NCBI GenBank assembly: GCA_001781125.1
Contig: MFKT01000021.1
Coordinates: forward strand, 5,178-69,177
Reading direction: 5' to 3'
Origin: Candidatus Kaiserbacteria bacterium RIFCSPHIGHO2_01_FULL_53_29
Lineage (GTDB): Bacteria; Patescibacteriota; Minisyncoccia; Phycocordibacterales; UBA2100
DNA: 64,000 nt
In this document: positions 8,519 to 17,821 of the stretch, piece by piece
How positions within the stretch are numbered: position 1 is the stretch's first letter
Layout of the letters: each line of letters begins with the position of its first letter
Position numbers and translations under genes: made by a program
The notes under the pieces: generated by a model
What the model was told of the DNA's origin: nothing
Database searches by the model: none
What the model saw: the letters and a program-made list of their open reading frames with translations, nothing else

Positions 8519-9880
8519 ATGAATATCCGGAGACGCCTGTCTCTGCTTTTTCTTCTTCCCGTGTGCGCGGCGCTCCTTTTCTTTGCTTTCGCTTCTGCTG
8601 ACGCGCGCGACGAGCGCGCGGACAGGGAAGGGAGAATACCCGGACAATACATCGTCGTGTTCAAAGACTCGGTGGAAGACGTTGAGGCGGCCGAAAACGA
8701 CATTGTGCAGCTCAGCCGCGGTGAGCGGCTGGATTCGTATCGCTCGGCGCTAAGCGGGTTCTCCGCGCGTTTCTCTGATGCCGACCTTGCGGCGGTCAAA
8801 AATGATCCGCGTGTGGAATTTGTAAGCGAAGACAGAGTAGTTTCGATAGATGTGCGGGCGGATTCGCGCTCACCGCAAGAGGATTCGAGGATCTCACTAC
8901 AGGCAGACCGCTTGAGCCGCGTAACGCCCACACCACTCGCCAAGGCGGGTCCCACCATTCAAGCGCAATCGCTGCCCACCGGCATCAATCGCATCAACGC
9001 AGAAGGGTTGGCAAATACCGGCGCAGGTGTCAATGTCGCGGTTATTGATACAGGAATTCTCTCATCCCATCCCGATCTTTCCGGCAAGGTCGTCGGCGGC
9101 AAGAACTGCACGAGGGCGAGCGGGGGATACACCGATCAAAATGGCCACGGCACACACGTGGCGGGCACTATCGCCGCGAGCAACAACAGCCTCGGGGTCG
9201 TGGGCGTCGCGCCTTCCGCCAAACTCTGGTCTGTGCGTGTGCTCGATAGGAATGGGAACGGCACATGGTCGTCCGTCATCTGCGGCCTCGATTATGTGAC
9301 GAGCAAGGCTCCCGCAAAGGGCGGGCCCATCACCGTTGCCAATTTGAGTTTGGGCGGCGGAGGCGCGTCAGACAATAATTGCGGCAATAGCAACAACGAC
9401 GCCTTGCACAAGGCCATCTGCCGCACGCGCGACGCAGGCGTCACGCTCGTCGTTGCGGCCGGCAATAGCGGCGCCAACACGAGCGGCGCTGTCCCCGCTG
9501 CGTACGATGATGCTGTCATCACCGTCTCGGCTCTCGCGGATTCAAATGGTACTGCGGGAGGAGGCGGTGCCGCGACGTCCTTCGGCGCTGACGACACGTT
9601 TGCATCGTTCAGCAATTACGGAACCGCCGTAGATATCGGCGCGCCGGGTGTGTGGATCAATTCGACGTGGCTTTCAAATACGTACAAAACCATCAGCGGC
9701 ACCAGCATGGCCTCGCCGCATGTCGCCGGCGCCGCGGCGCTCTATATTGCCAAGAACCCGGGCGCCTCATGGACAGCAGTGCGCGATGCTTTGATTGCCG
9801 CGGGCGAAGCTCTCGGGGCAGGGCACACTGATCCATCAAGCAAGCATCCCGAACCCGTCCTGCGCGCGGACACGCTCTAA
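8519..9880 (+). CDS. Secreted S8 subtilisin-family serine protease with I9 propeptide
   Basis: Signal peptide, YIVVFK propeptide motif, catalytic motifs VIDTG, HGTHVAG, AAGN, GTSMASPHVAG. Confidence 0.95.
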   Translation: MNIRRRLSLLFLLPVCAALLFFAFASADARDERADREGRIPGQYIVVFKDSVEDVEAAENDIVQLSRGERLDSYRSALSGFSARFSDADLAAVKNDPRVEFVSEDRVVSIDVRADSRSPQEDSRISLQADRLSRVTPTPLAKAGPTIQAQSLPTGINRINAEGLANTGAGVNVAVIDTGILSSHPDLSGKVVGGKNCTRASGGYTDQNGHGTHVAGTIAASNNSLGVVGVAPSAKLWSVRVLDRNGNGTWSSVICGLDYVTSKAPAKGGPITVANLSLGGGGASDNNCGNSNNDALHKAICRTRDAGVTLVVAAGNSGANTSGAVPAAYDDAVITVSALADSNGTAGGGGAATSFGADDTFASFSNYGTAVDIGAPGVWINSTWLSNTYKTISGTSMASPHVAGAAALYIAKNPGASWTAVRDALIAAGEALGAGHTDPSSKHPEPVLRADTL

Positions 9881-9922
9881 ACAAAGCTTTTGAGTTTTCT
9901 CGGAACGTGAGAAAATACACGG

Positions 9923-10975
9923 GTGAGGAAACCCCGTAGTAATCGCATTAAACGCGCCCGGCCGGTGATGCAAAAGCGTGAGTTGCGGCTCCTCGAAGGA
10001 GCGGCGCTTGTTGTGGTTGTTGTCCTCATTGTCGCGCTTTTTTGTATTTCGGCGATCCAAATGTTCGTCATGCGATCCGGTCAGACGGCTGCGGTCATCT
10101 CCGTAGTTTTGGTGGATCTTGTGAATGGTGACCGCGCATCGCAGAGCCTCGGGACGCTCACGATAAATCCCATTCTCACCGCTGCCGCACAGGCAAAAGC
10201 CGACGACATGGCGGGGAAAGGCTACTTCGCGCACAATTCACCGGACGGCAAGGATTCGTGGTACTGGTTCAAGCAAGCGGGATACTCATTCGCGTACGCC
10301 GGAGAGAATCTCGCGGTTGATTTTTCAGATTCTTCGGATGTCGAGCGCGCGTGGATGGACTCTCCCTTGCACCGCGAGAATCTTCTTGACCCGCATTTCA
10401 CCGAGATCGGTATCGCGATAGCGCAGGGAACGTTTGAGGGACATCCGACGACATTCGTTGTCCAGATGTTTGGGGCACCCGCACAGGCAAGCGAGGTACC
10501 GGTAGTCGTTCAGGAAATCACGGCACCGCAAAACGCCACGGAACCCGCGATCGCGACGACCGAGCTCCCTTCGGCCAATGTGTTGGGCTCGAGTTCAGAT
10601 AAGCCTGCGATTGAGGATGTATCGCCGATACCGGAAACTTCTGCGCCGATCGCGGATGTACGCACACCTGCTTCGCAGGCGCCGATCGGTGCCATCGTGC
10701 GCTACGCACCGGCGTGGGGATACTACGCGACCTCACCGAAGACAATGCTGCGCTACGCGTATTATCTGCTCGGATTCCTCGTGCTCTTGGCACTTTTTGT
10801 TACGACAGGCCTTGAATTGAAGTGGCACCACCGCCGTGCCTTTGCCGTCGCCGCGTGCCTCCTCGTATTTATGTCAGGCCTTTTCGTGGTCGCCGACTAC
10901 GCCATTTTCTCCGAGCCCGTCCTCGCGGACGAGAGTGTACCAAGGACCGTCCTTGACACGTCGGGAAGCACATAG
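9923..10975 (+). CDS. Membrane-anchored CAP (SCP/YkwD-like) domain protein
   Basis: L..AAQAKADDM..KGYFAH.SPDG, GENLA, WMDSPLHRENLL, EIGIAIA motifs; N- and C-terminal hydrophobic helices; start may be ATG 9968. Confidence 0.9.
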   Translation: MRKPRSNRIKRARPVMQKRELRLLEGAALVVVVVLIVALFCISAIQMFVMRSGQTAAVISVVLVDLVNGDRASQSLGTLTINPILTAAAQAKADDMAGKGYFAHNSPDGKDSWYWFKQAGYSFAYAGENLAVDFSDSSDVERAWMDSPLHRENLLDPHFTEIGIAIAQGTFEGHPTTFVVQMFGAPAQASEVPVVVQEITAPQNATEPAIATTELPSANVLGSSSDKPAIEDVSPIPETSAPIADVRTPASQAPIGAIVRYAPAWGYYATSPKTMLRYAYYLLGFLVLLALFVTTGLELKWHHRRAFAVAACLLVFMSGLFVVADYAIFSEPVLADESVPRTVLDTSGST

Positions 10976-11325
10976 GTCGGTTCTCTGTGCTTTTGCTTGG
11001 CTCAAAGCTTGCGTTATACACAGGGTGTGCACAGCTTGCCCCGACTATTCCCCATGTTTTCCCCAGAAGTTATACGAATGCCCCTCGGGCCCTCATAAAC
11101 GCGATATAGAATGGAGGGGTGCTGGCTTTTGCTTCGGGGAAACGGTGAAGGGAAGCGCGCACGATGTTTGCAATAGCATCACTTAGAAGAGCTTGCTGCT
11201 CTCGAACAACGAGGAGCTGTTTCGCGTATACCGGTCGCGAGACAGCTTTTTGTTATGAGCAGTTGGAGAATTATCAGTCTTTATCAGTAATTATTAGGGA
11301 GGATTATTGCAACTTATAAATTTTT

Positions 11326-13602
11326 ATGTCCAATACTTTGAATAGAATTCGCACACGGTTCTCGATCTTGCTTGGAATGGCAATTCTTCTTGGAAGCTTC
11401 GTCTTTGCAGGAGCTTTTGTTCAAATAGCAGATGCCGAAGTGATATTTTGCGGGACAAGTGCTGGGGCGACATCTACGAGCGGGATCGGCAGGACAGGAA
11501 GATGTGCAGACGGTGCCCGCCTTATCGTGGGTACATCGCCAGGCGAGGGGCCGCAAGGTCCGCAGGGTGAGGCTGGTCCGATTGGTCCACAGGGTCCGCA
11601 GGGCGACACTGGTCCCGCGGGTAGTGATGGAGCGGACGGCGCGACAGGTCCCGAAGGCCCACAAGGTGATACTGGCGCTACAGGTCCGCAGGGTACGGCA
11701 GGCGCTGATGGTGAAGATGGTACTGATGGAGCGGACGGCGCCACAGGCCCGGCCGGTGCCGATGGGACAGATGGCATAGACGGAGCGCAAGGTCCGGAAG
11801 GCGACACGGGACCTCAAGGTCCACAAGGTGACGAGGGGCCACAAGGTGTCGATGGTCCGCAAGGTCTGACGGGCGCTGATGGCGCGACAGGTCCGGAGGG
11901 GCCGGCGGGTGAATCAGCAAATGTCGTCGTGACAGAGGAGGGAGAAGGCGCCAACTGTGAGGCAGGCGGACAGAAAGTCGAGACGAGTGTCGGCGACGAT
12001 TCGCCGCAGGTAAGTTACGTCTGTAACGGACTGGACGGCGACGATGGAACAGACGGGACGAACGGTACCAACGGGACCAATGGCTCCAACGCGCTCGTCG
12101 TCGTGACCGACGAGGCGGCTGGTGCGAACTGTGAATTTGGAGGGGAAAAAGTAGAGTCGGGCGTCGACGCGAACAACAATACTGTTTTGGACGAGCTTGA
12201 GGTTACTTCCACGAGCTACGTCTGCGACGGCGCACCGGGAGCAGAAGGCGCGCCGGGTACACCCGGTGATCCGGGCACACCTGGAGACCAAGGTCTCCCG
12301 GGTCCTCAAGGCGTTCAAGGTATCCAAGGTGAAGTTGGACCACAAGGTCCGCAGGGTGATGTTGGTCCGATGGGGCCGGCTGGCCCAACAGGTCCTCAAG
12401 GTCCAATCGGCTTGACTGGTGAGACAGGTCCCACAGGTCCTCAAGGCGCAGAGGGTCCGACGGGTCCCGCAGGTCCGGCCGGTCCAGCTGGCCCAGAAGG
12501 TCCTGCCGGCCCAACAGGTGCAACTGGTCCGGAAGGTCCAATCGGACCAGCGGGCCCCGCAGGAGCTGATGGAGAAGATGGTACCAACGGGCAAGACGGC
12601 GCGACGGGCCCAGCTGGTCCGACAGGTGCCGCTGGTGCTGATGGTGCTGTCGGTCCAGAAGGTCCAACTGGTCCAGAAGGTCCTACAGGTCCCACAGGCG
12701 CTGCTGGTGACGATGGTCTCGCTTGTTGGGACACAAATCAAAATGGCGTTGCTGATCCCGCAGAAGATTTGAACGGCGACGACGTCTTCGATGCACTCGA
12801 CTGTCAGGGTGCAATAGGTCCGCAAGGTGATACAGGGGCAACCGGGGCAACTGGTCCCACAGGTCCGACGGGTCCAACGGGAGCAACAGGTGACACAGGC
12901 CCAGCTGGTCCGACAGGTGCCGCTGGTGCTGATGGTGCCACCGGCCCGACAGGCGCTACGGGCGCAACGGGTCCGGAAGGTCCACAAGGCCCAATAGGTC
13001 TCACAGGACCTCAAGGTGAGACGGGTCCAGCCGGCGCACAAGGTGACCAAGGAATTCAGGGAGAAATTGGCCCGATGGGTCCGCAAGGTGCTCAGGGAGA
13101 GACAGGAGCAACAGGTGCGACCGGCGCTGATGGCGCAACTGGGGCGGCAGGTGCCACTGGCGCGCCAGGCCCACAAGGAGACACCGGTGCTACGGGAGCA
13201 ACCGGTGCGACTGGTGCACAAGGTCCGCAGGGTGACGTCGGTCCTCAGGGTCCGCAGGGTGATACAGGTCCTGCTGGAGCAACAGGAGCTACAGGTGCTA
13301 CGGGTGCGGCAGGTGCTGATGGAGCTGATGGCGTAAGTGGATGGGAGAGAATCGTTGGCACCGCCTCATCATTGGATGAGATCGCAACAAAAACTGTAGT
13401 CGCAAACTGCAGCGCGGGAAAAAAGGTTCTGGGCGGAGGTTACCGCATTGACGTCGGCGGAGGCAGTATCGCTGCGATTACCAGCATTGTCAGCTTCCCC
13501 GCAGATGACGACACATGGTCTGTAACTGCGAGCGAGGATGACGATGCTATCGTGGGTGACTGGTTGGTCCAAGCCTACGCACTCTGCGCAACAGTTCTCT
13601 AG
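11326..13602 (+). CDS. Secreted collagen-like (Gly-X-Y) protein with interspersed Cys-containing globular modules
   Basis: Signal peptide, long GPQ/GAT/GPT triplet runs, two GANCE.GG.KVE..YVC.G modules, a [19 protein letters not shown] insert. Confidence 0.9.
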   Translation: MSNTLNRIRTRFSILLGMAILLGSFVFAGAFVQIADAEVIFCGTSAGATSTSGIGRTGRCADGARLIVGTSPGEGPQGPQGEAGPIGPQGPQGDTGPAGSDGADGATGPEGPQGDTGATGPQGTAGADGEDGTDGADGATGPAGADGTDGIDGAQGPEGDTGPQGPQGDEGPQGVDGPQGLTGADGATGPEGPAGESANVVVTEEGEGANCEAGGQKVETSVGDDSPQVSYVCNGLDGDDGTDGTNGTNGTNGSNALVVVTDEAAGANCEFGGEKVESGVDANNNTVLDELEVTSTSYVCDGAPGAEGAPGTPGDPGTPGDQGLPGPQGVQGIQGEVGPQGPQGDVGPMGPAGPTGPQGPIGLTGETGPTGPQGAEGPTGPAGPAGPAGPEGPAGPTGATGPEGPIGPAGPAGADGEDGTNGQDGATGPAGPTGAAGADGAVGPEGPTGPEGPTGPTGAAGDDGLACWDTNQNGVADPAEDLNGDDVFDALDCQGAIGPQGDTGATGATGPTGPTGPTGATGDTGPAGPTGAAGADGATGPTGATGATGPEGPQGPIGLTGPQGETGPAGAQGDQGIQGEIGPMGPQGAQGETGATGATGADGATGAAGATGAPGPQGDTGATGATGATGAQGPQGDVGPQGPQGDTGPAGATGATGATGAAGADGADGVSGWERIVGTASSLDEIATKTVVANCSAGKKVLGGGYRIDVGGGSIAAITSIVSFPADDDTWSVTASEDDDAIVGDWLVQAYALCATVL

Positions 13603-13623
13603 AACTAAAACATTATCAGTAAA

Positions 13624-13654
13624 AAAAGAGCCCCGCCGAAGGCGGGGCTCTTTT
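13624..13654. terminator. Bidirectional intrinsic terminator
   Basis: AAAAGAGCCCCGCC-GAA-GGCGGGGCTCTTTT between convergent genes. Confidence 0.85.
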
Positions 13655-13668
13655 GCATGAGGGCGGGA

Positions 13669-13980
13669 TTAGTTTTTCGGCTTTACAAGGAAGAAAGAAA
13701 TTACAAACAACGCAGCAACAACCATGTCGGCGACCCGCCACATATCAGCGGCAAGGTAGAGCGGAGCAACGGGGTTGAAGACGACTGCCACAAGTACGAA
13801 CAGCCACACGAGCCAGAGCTTGTTTTGCTTGTAGGCCTGCGCTGCAGTCATGAGAGCTGCGCCGACGACGACCCAGTTCATGAGTTGGAAATAGGCGAAA
13901 TAGGGGACGGGCGCCAGAGCACCGAGGGCCATGGCGATTGCCAAGACCTTGAGCCAGTTATTGCCAAGCCATGCCTTCAT
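13669..13980 (-). CDS. Small membrane protein (DUF6804-like)
   Basis: PY.YFQL..WVV and FNPVAP.YL...W...D motifs, hydrophobic. Confidence 0.7.
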   Translation of the reverse strand: MKAWLGNNWLKVLAIAMALGALAPVPYFAYFQLMNWVVVGAALMTAAQAYKQNKLWLVWLFVLVAVVFNPVAPLYLAADMWRVADMVVAALFVISFFLVKPKN

Positions 13981-14032
13981 ACGCGGACACTCTACTCCAC
14001 CTCTTTGTGCTAGTCAAAGCCGCAGCCCCTTG

Positions 14033-14057
14033 ACCTTAGAAGCGTCGCCTCTAAGGT
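14033..14057. repeat. REP-like hairpin downstream of the Y1 transposase
   Basis: ACCTTAGAAGCG-T-CGCCTCTAAGGT, near-identical to 14813-14837. Confidence 0.8.
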
Positions 14058-14066
14058 AGGCCTTAA

Positions 14067-14759
14067 TTACTTAAGATTTTCGATCATTGGTGATACCTCT
14101 CCGTAATAAGCCCGTGCATCGGAAAGCATTTTCTGCACTGGCACTTGATATGACCGGATTAGATCAACTTGTTCCGGGTCAAGGATCGCGTGCTCGGGCC
14201 GTACCATGCCAGAGTAGTCGGGGAAGCTTGCGTATGGATATGCCCGTATTTTTCTCTCTAGTCTCTGCATGTTTTTAACGAAACCGGATTTCCATTTAGG
14301 TTCGAATAATTCGCACGGATTCATGTGGACATAATCGACCGCACGATGCATATACCGATCGTCCGAGATGTGTTTCGATCTAAACGGCTTGATGAATAAA
14401 TTTCCCACACGGTCGTGCAGATTGTTGAAATAGAGTGCATAGCCCGTTCCGATCTTATGCATAAATCGAGAAATGCCGTGCTCCACAATTTCTTTCATCA
14501 ACAGGTGGATGTGGTTCGGCATCAGACAAAATGCACCAATGGCTACTAACGGTGACTTTCTTGGAAGAGTAAATGTCTCAGCGTATGAAACATGCTCGAA
14601 CAATGGGCGTTGAAGCGATTTTGTGTCGTTTGCCAAATAGAGGAGTTGCATGAACCGGCGATAGTGCGCGTCCTCCTCAAAGGTTATTCTTTTGTCGATG
14701 CCGCGATTGAAACAATGGAAATATTCATCTATTGCAAATGGAGTACGTCTGTAACTCAT
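14067..14759 (-). CDS. Y1 (HUH) tyrosine transposase, RAYT/IS200-like
   Basis: YFHCFNRG, FCLMPNHIHLL (HUH), YVHMNP and YPYAS motifs; flanked by matching palindromes. Confidence 0.88.
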   Translation of the reverse strand: MSYRRTPFAIDEYFHCFNRGIDKRITFEEDAHYRRFMQLLYLANDTKSLQRPLFEHVSYAETFTLPRKSPLVAIGAFCLMPNHIHLLMKEIVEHGISRFMHKIGTGYALYFNNLHDRVGNLFIKPFRSKHISDDRYMHRAVDYVHMNPCELFEPKWKSGFVKNMQRLERKIRAYPYASFPDYSGMVRPEHAILDPEQVDLIRSYQVPVQKMLSDARAYYGEVSPMIENLK

Positions 14760-14809
14760 GAACTTATTGTAGCAACAAAATATGCTCGACAATAAGGTTA
14801 CCTTAGAGG

Positions 14810-14840
14810 CCTACCTTAGAGGCGTCGCCTCTAAGGTAGG
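14810..14840. repeat. REP-like perfect palindrome upstream of the Y1 transposase
   Basis: CCTACCTTAGAGGCG-T-CGCCTCTAAGGTAGG, 15-bp arms, with partial copies alongside. Confidence 0.85.
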
Positions 14841-14883
14841 TTCATGGAGGCCTACCGGTGCGGGAGGAAGGTACAATGGTCGA

Positions 14884-16227
14884 GTGAAATTATCAGACAT
14901 CACCGGAGTACGCATCAAAAAAGTGGCGGTGGTTGCGCAGGTCGTTGCGTCCTCCGCCGTCGCTGTGGGTGCTGCGGCTGTGGTGGCAGCGACGCGCGTA
15001 GCTTCTCCGCATAATAGCCACTCCATCGTCGAGCATGAGCTCGAGAAAGGGACGGAACTTTCGGTCATACGGCTCGTCGATCTCCTTATCGAGCGTGCGC
15101 AAGCGGCGCACGCATCAGATATCCATCTCGATCCGCGCGCAGGCTCGGTGGTAGTCAGGCTCCGTATCGACGGGATCCTGCAGGATGCTCACACGCTTCC
15201 CTCGAGCATTCACCATGAGGTTATCTCGCGCATCAAGATCCTTTGCGGCTTGCGCACCGACGAGCACCAAGCGGCACAAGACGGCCGTTTCCGCATCACG
15301 CTTGAGAGCGCTCTCTCGGTCGACGTGCGTGTTTCCATCGTGCCTACGTACCACGGAGAAAATGCTGTCTTGCGGCTTCTCTCTGATCAAGCAGAGGAAT
15401 TCACGCTCGAAACACTAGGGCTTACGCCAGAGAATCGCGCGAAGATCCTTCGCGCGATCAATAAGCCGCACGGCATGATCCTCGCGACCGGCCCGACCGG
15501 AAGCGGAAAGACGACGACACTCTACACGCTCGTTAAAATGCTCAACGTCCCCGCTGTTTCCATCATTACTGTTGAAGACCCCATCGAGTATTCGATATCA
15601 GGTATCAATCAAATACAGATCAACCCGCGCACGGGTCTCACATTCGCCAATGGCCTTCGGAGCATTCTAAGACAAGACCCCAACATCATCATGGTGGGTG
15701 AGATCCGGGATACCGAAACCGCCGGTCTTGCCGTCAACACGGCGCTTACCGGTCACCTTGTGCTCTCGACACTCCACACCAACGATGCGCCGACGACTCT
15801 ACCGCGTCTTCTCGACATGAAGATCGAACCATACCTCATCGCCTCGACCGTGAATATTGCCATCGGCCAGCGACTTGTCCGGCGCATCTGCAAACAGTGT
15901 AAGGAAGAACGCCCGATGACAAGTGCAGAAGCGGGGAGTCTTTCTGAGATCATGTCTGCGGAGCTTATCGAACTACCGGGCGTCTTTTACGCAGGTTCGG
16001 GCTGTGAGGCATGCGCGGGCACAGGCTATCGCGGGCGCGCGGGCATTCACGAAGTCATGGAGATCGACAATGATATTCGTGAGGCGATACTTCACAAAAC
16101 ATCTGCCCGCGAGATCCGTGATGTCGCCATACGCCAAGGCATGACGCCTCTTGTAGTTGATGGATTCCACAAGGCAGCACAGGGCCTGACCACGATCGAA
16201 GAGGTCTTGCGCACGCGCTATGAATAA
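14884..16227 (+). CDS. pilB: Type IV pilus/T2SS assembly ATPase (PilB/GspE)
   Basis: ASDIH, GPTGSGKTT, TVEDPIE, LRQDPNIIMVGEIRD, TGHLVLSTLH, Zn-binding Cys pairs; start taken as GTG 14884 behind TACAAT. Confidence 0.92.
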   Translation: MKLSDITGVRIKKVAVVAQVVASSAVAVGAAAVVAATRVASPHNSHSIVEHELEKGTELSVIRLVDLLIERAQAAHASDIHLDPRAGSVVVRLRIDGILQDAHTLPSSIHHEVISRIKILCGLRTDEHQAAQDGRFRITLESALSVDVRVSIVPTYHGENAVLRLLSDQAEEFTLETLGLTPENRAKILRAINKPHGMILATGPTGSGKTTTLYTLVKMLNVPAVSIITVEDPIEYSISGINQIQINPRTGLTFANGLRSILRQDPNIIMVGEIRDTETAGLAVNTALTGHLVLSTLHTNDAPTTLPRLLDMKIEPYLIASTVNIAIGQRLVRRICKQCKEERPMTSAEAGSLSEIMSAELIELPGVFYAGSGCEACAGTGYRGRAGIHEVMEIDNDIREAILHKTSAREIRDVAIRQGMTPLVVDGFHKAAQGLTTIEEVLRTRYE

Positions 16228-17314
16228 ACCCTCCAATAAACTTTCAGTGCGAAAGAAACCTCTGCTTCTTCATTTTCCGCCACAGGAGCAAGCTCTGTTT
16301 GCCAAACGCCTCGGCATGATACTGCGTAGTGGCATGCCTATCATGGAGGGTCTGCAGATGCTCGGCGGCTCTGTGCGTTCGAGATCCGCGACCTACATGT
16401 ACGGACATCTGATCGAGCATGTCGAGAGTGGACAGCCGCTCTCGACGGGACTTGAGAAATTCAGGAAGATTTTTGGTGAGTTCTGCATCAACATCGTGCG
16501 GGTGGGGGAGAGCTCGGGCACGTTGCACGAGAACCTCGAGTATCTTGCCGAAGAGCTCAAGAAAAAAACGGCGCTGCGCAAAAAGGTCCTCGGCGCCTTG
16601 GTCTATCCCGCAATCATCGTTGTCGCGACGGTCGGGATCTCACTCGTTCTCACGGTGTATATCTTCCCGAAGATCACGCCCATCTTCCAAAGTTTCAAAG
16701 CACAGCTTCCGCTTACGACGCGCATGCTCATCGCGATATCGGATTTTCTCATCCACGATGGCTTGTGGCTTTTTATCGGAGTCGTGGCGACTGTAGTTTG
16801 CTGTCTTTTTCTTTTCCGCATTCCGCGCTTCCATCTTAGTGTCGACCACTTACTTCTGAAGCTCCCGCTTTTCGGGAAGCTTTCGCAGTACTACAATCTT
16901 GCCAATTGCTCCCGCACTCTCGGGCTTCTCCTCAAAAGCGATATGGGGATCGTGAGCGCACTCACTATCGTCACAAAAAGTTCGCGCAACCTTGCCTACA
17001 GGATCGCCCTTGCGAGTGTGACGAAAGAGGTGATGAAAGGGCAGAAAATCTCCACGCAGCTTACGAAAAATCCGAAACTGTTTCCACCGCTTTTTTCCCA
17101 GATGATCGAGGTCGGTGAACAGACGGGGAATCTCTCGAGCTCGCTCATGTATCTTTCCGATATGTACGAGGAGGAGATCAGCGACCTCACAAAGAATCTC
17201 ACGACGCTGATCGAACCGATTCTCATGCTCTTGATGGGCATCATTGTGGGCTTCATTGCGATATCGATCATTACGCCTATCTATGGCATCACCCAGCAAC
17301 TTACACCCCGCTAG
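16220..17314 (+). CDS. pilC: Type IV pilus platform protein (PilC/GspF)
   Basis: Two GE.SG.L repeats, ALVYP, LIEP motifs and transmembrane segments. Confidence 0.92.
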   Translation: MNKPSNKLSVRKKPLLLHFPPQEQALFAKRLGMILRSGMPIMEGLQMLGGSVRSRSATYMYGHLIEHVESGQPLSTGLEKFRKIFGEFCINIVRVGESSGTLHENLEYLAEELKKKTALRKKVLGALVYPAIIVVATVGISLVLTVYIFPKITPIFQSFKAQLPLTTRMLIAISDFLIHDGLWLFIGVVATVVCCLFLFRIPRFHLSVDHLLLKLPLFGKLSQYYNLANCSRTLGLLLKSDMGIVSALTIVTKSSRNLAYRIALASVTKEVMKGQKISTQLTKNPKLFPPLFSQMIEVGEQTGNLSSSLMYLSDMYEEEISDLTKNLTTLIEPILMLLMGIIVGFIAISIITPIYGITQQLTPR

Positions 17315-17819
17315 AGGCCTGCACGTAAAGTACCTGCGGCCTGCGCAGACAGGCTTCACCCTGCTTGAAGTCATGATCGTGATGGCGCTCGTCACCATTG
17401 TTGGGGCCTTCGGACTTTTGCTTGGTACGGACAGTTATCGCGGGTATTCTTTTCACTCGGATCACGACATTCTTGTTGCGGCTCTGCAGCATGCACGTTC
17501 GCAAGCCATCGGTAATGTATGTCTCGGGGAGGGTTGTACGCACGGGATGCCGCACGGCGTCTTTATTGATGCGGCTCATAATCGGTACGTCATCTTCCAA
17601 GGAACAAACTACGCGACGCGCGATGGGGAGGTCGACGCAGCGCTCGAGGCTGCGCCGGGAATGACCCGAAGCGGACTGTCGGAGATCGTATTCGCGCAGC
17701 TCTCCGGCAGTGCGAATTCGGCAGAAGCGCCGCCATGGGGAATTGTTCTCACTGATCCTACCGGTCGTACCTCAACGACCACTATCGAGAGCGAAGGGAG
17801 GATCTGGTGGACGCATTAA
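17283..17819 (+). CDS. Minor pilin (FimT/GspH-like); start uncertain
   Basis: Prepilin motif GFTLLEVMIVM. Confidence 0.8.
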   Translation: MASPSNLHPARGLHVKYLRPAQTGFTLLEVMIVMALVTIVGAFGLLLGTDSYRGYSFHSDHDILVAALQHARSQAIGNVCLGEGCTHGMPHGVFIDAAHNRYVIFQGTNYATRDGEVDAALEAAPGMTRSGLSEIVFAQLSGSANSAEAPPWGIVLTDPTGRTSTTTIESEGRIWWTH

Positions 17820-17821
17820 CT

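Noticed and set aside
10980-11100. Replication origin
   Set aside because: One good DnaA box and a few weak ones, no AT-rich unwinding element and no dnaA/dnaN nearby.
11130-11255. c-di-GMP riboswitch upstream of the collagen gene
   Set aside because: Hairpins exist but neither class I nor class II consensus could be matched by eye.
11914-13221. Long antisense or alternative-frame ORFs (also 3613-4659, 22448-23293, 30328-31155, 31716-32549, 35443-36348)
   Set aside because: They shadow well-supported genes in GC-rich sequence and show no recognisable motifs.
11540-13330. Repeat array resembling CRISPR or satellite DNA
   Set aside because: The 9-nt periodicity is explained by Gly-X-Y codons in an open frame.
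14782-14883. N-terminal extensions in the ORF track for pilB, folA, tmk, purQ and the HAD genes
   Set aside because: They run through palindromes or neighbouring genes; -10 hexamers and family N-termini point to later starts.
17306-17317. CCCCGCTAGAGG resembling a family A end at the pilC stop
   Set aside because: No partner inverted end or target duplication nearby; may be chance or a remnant.
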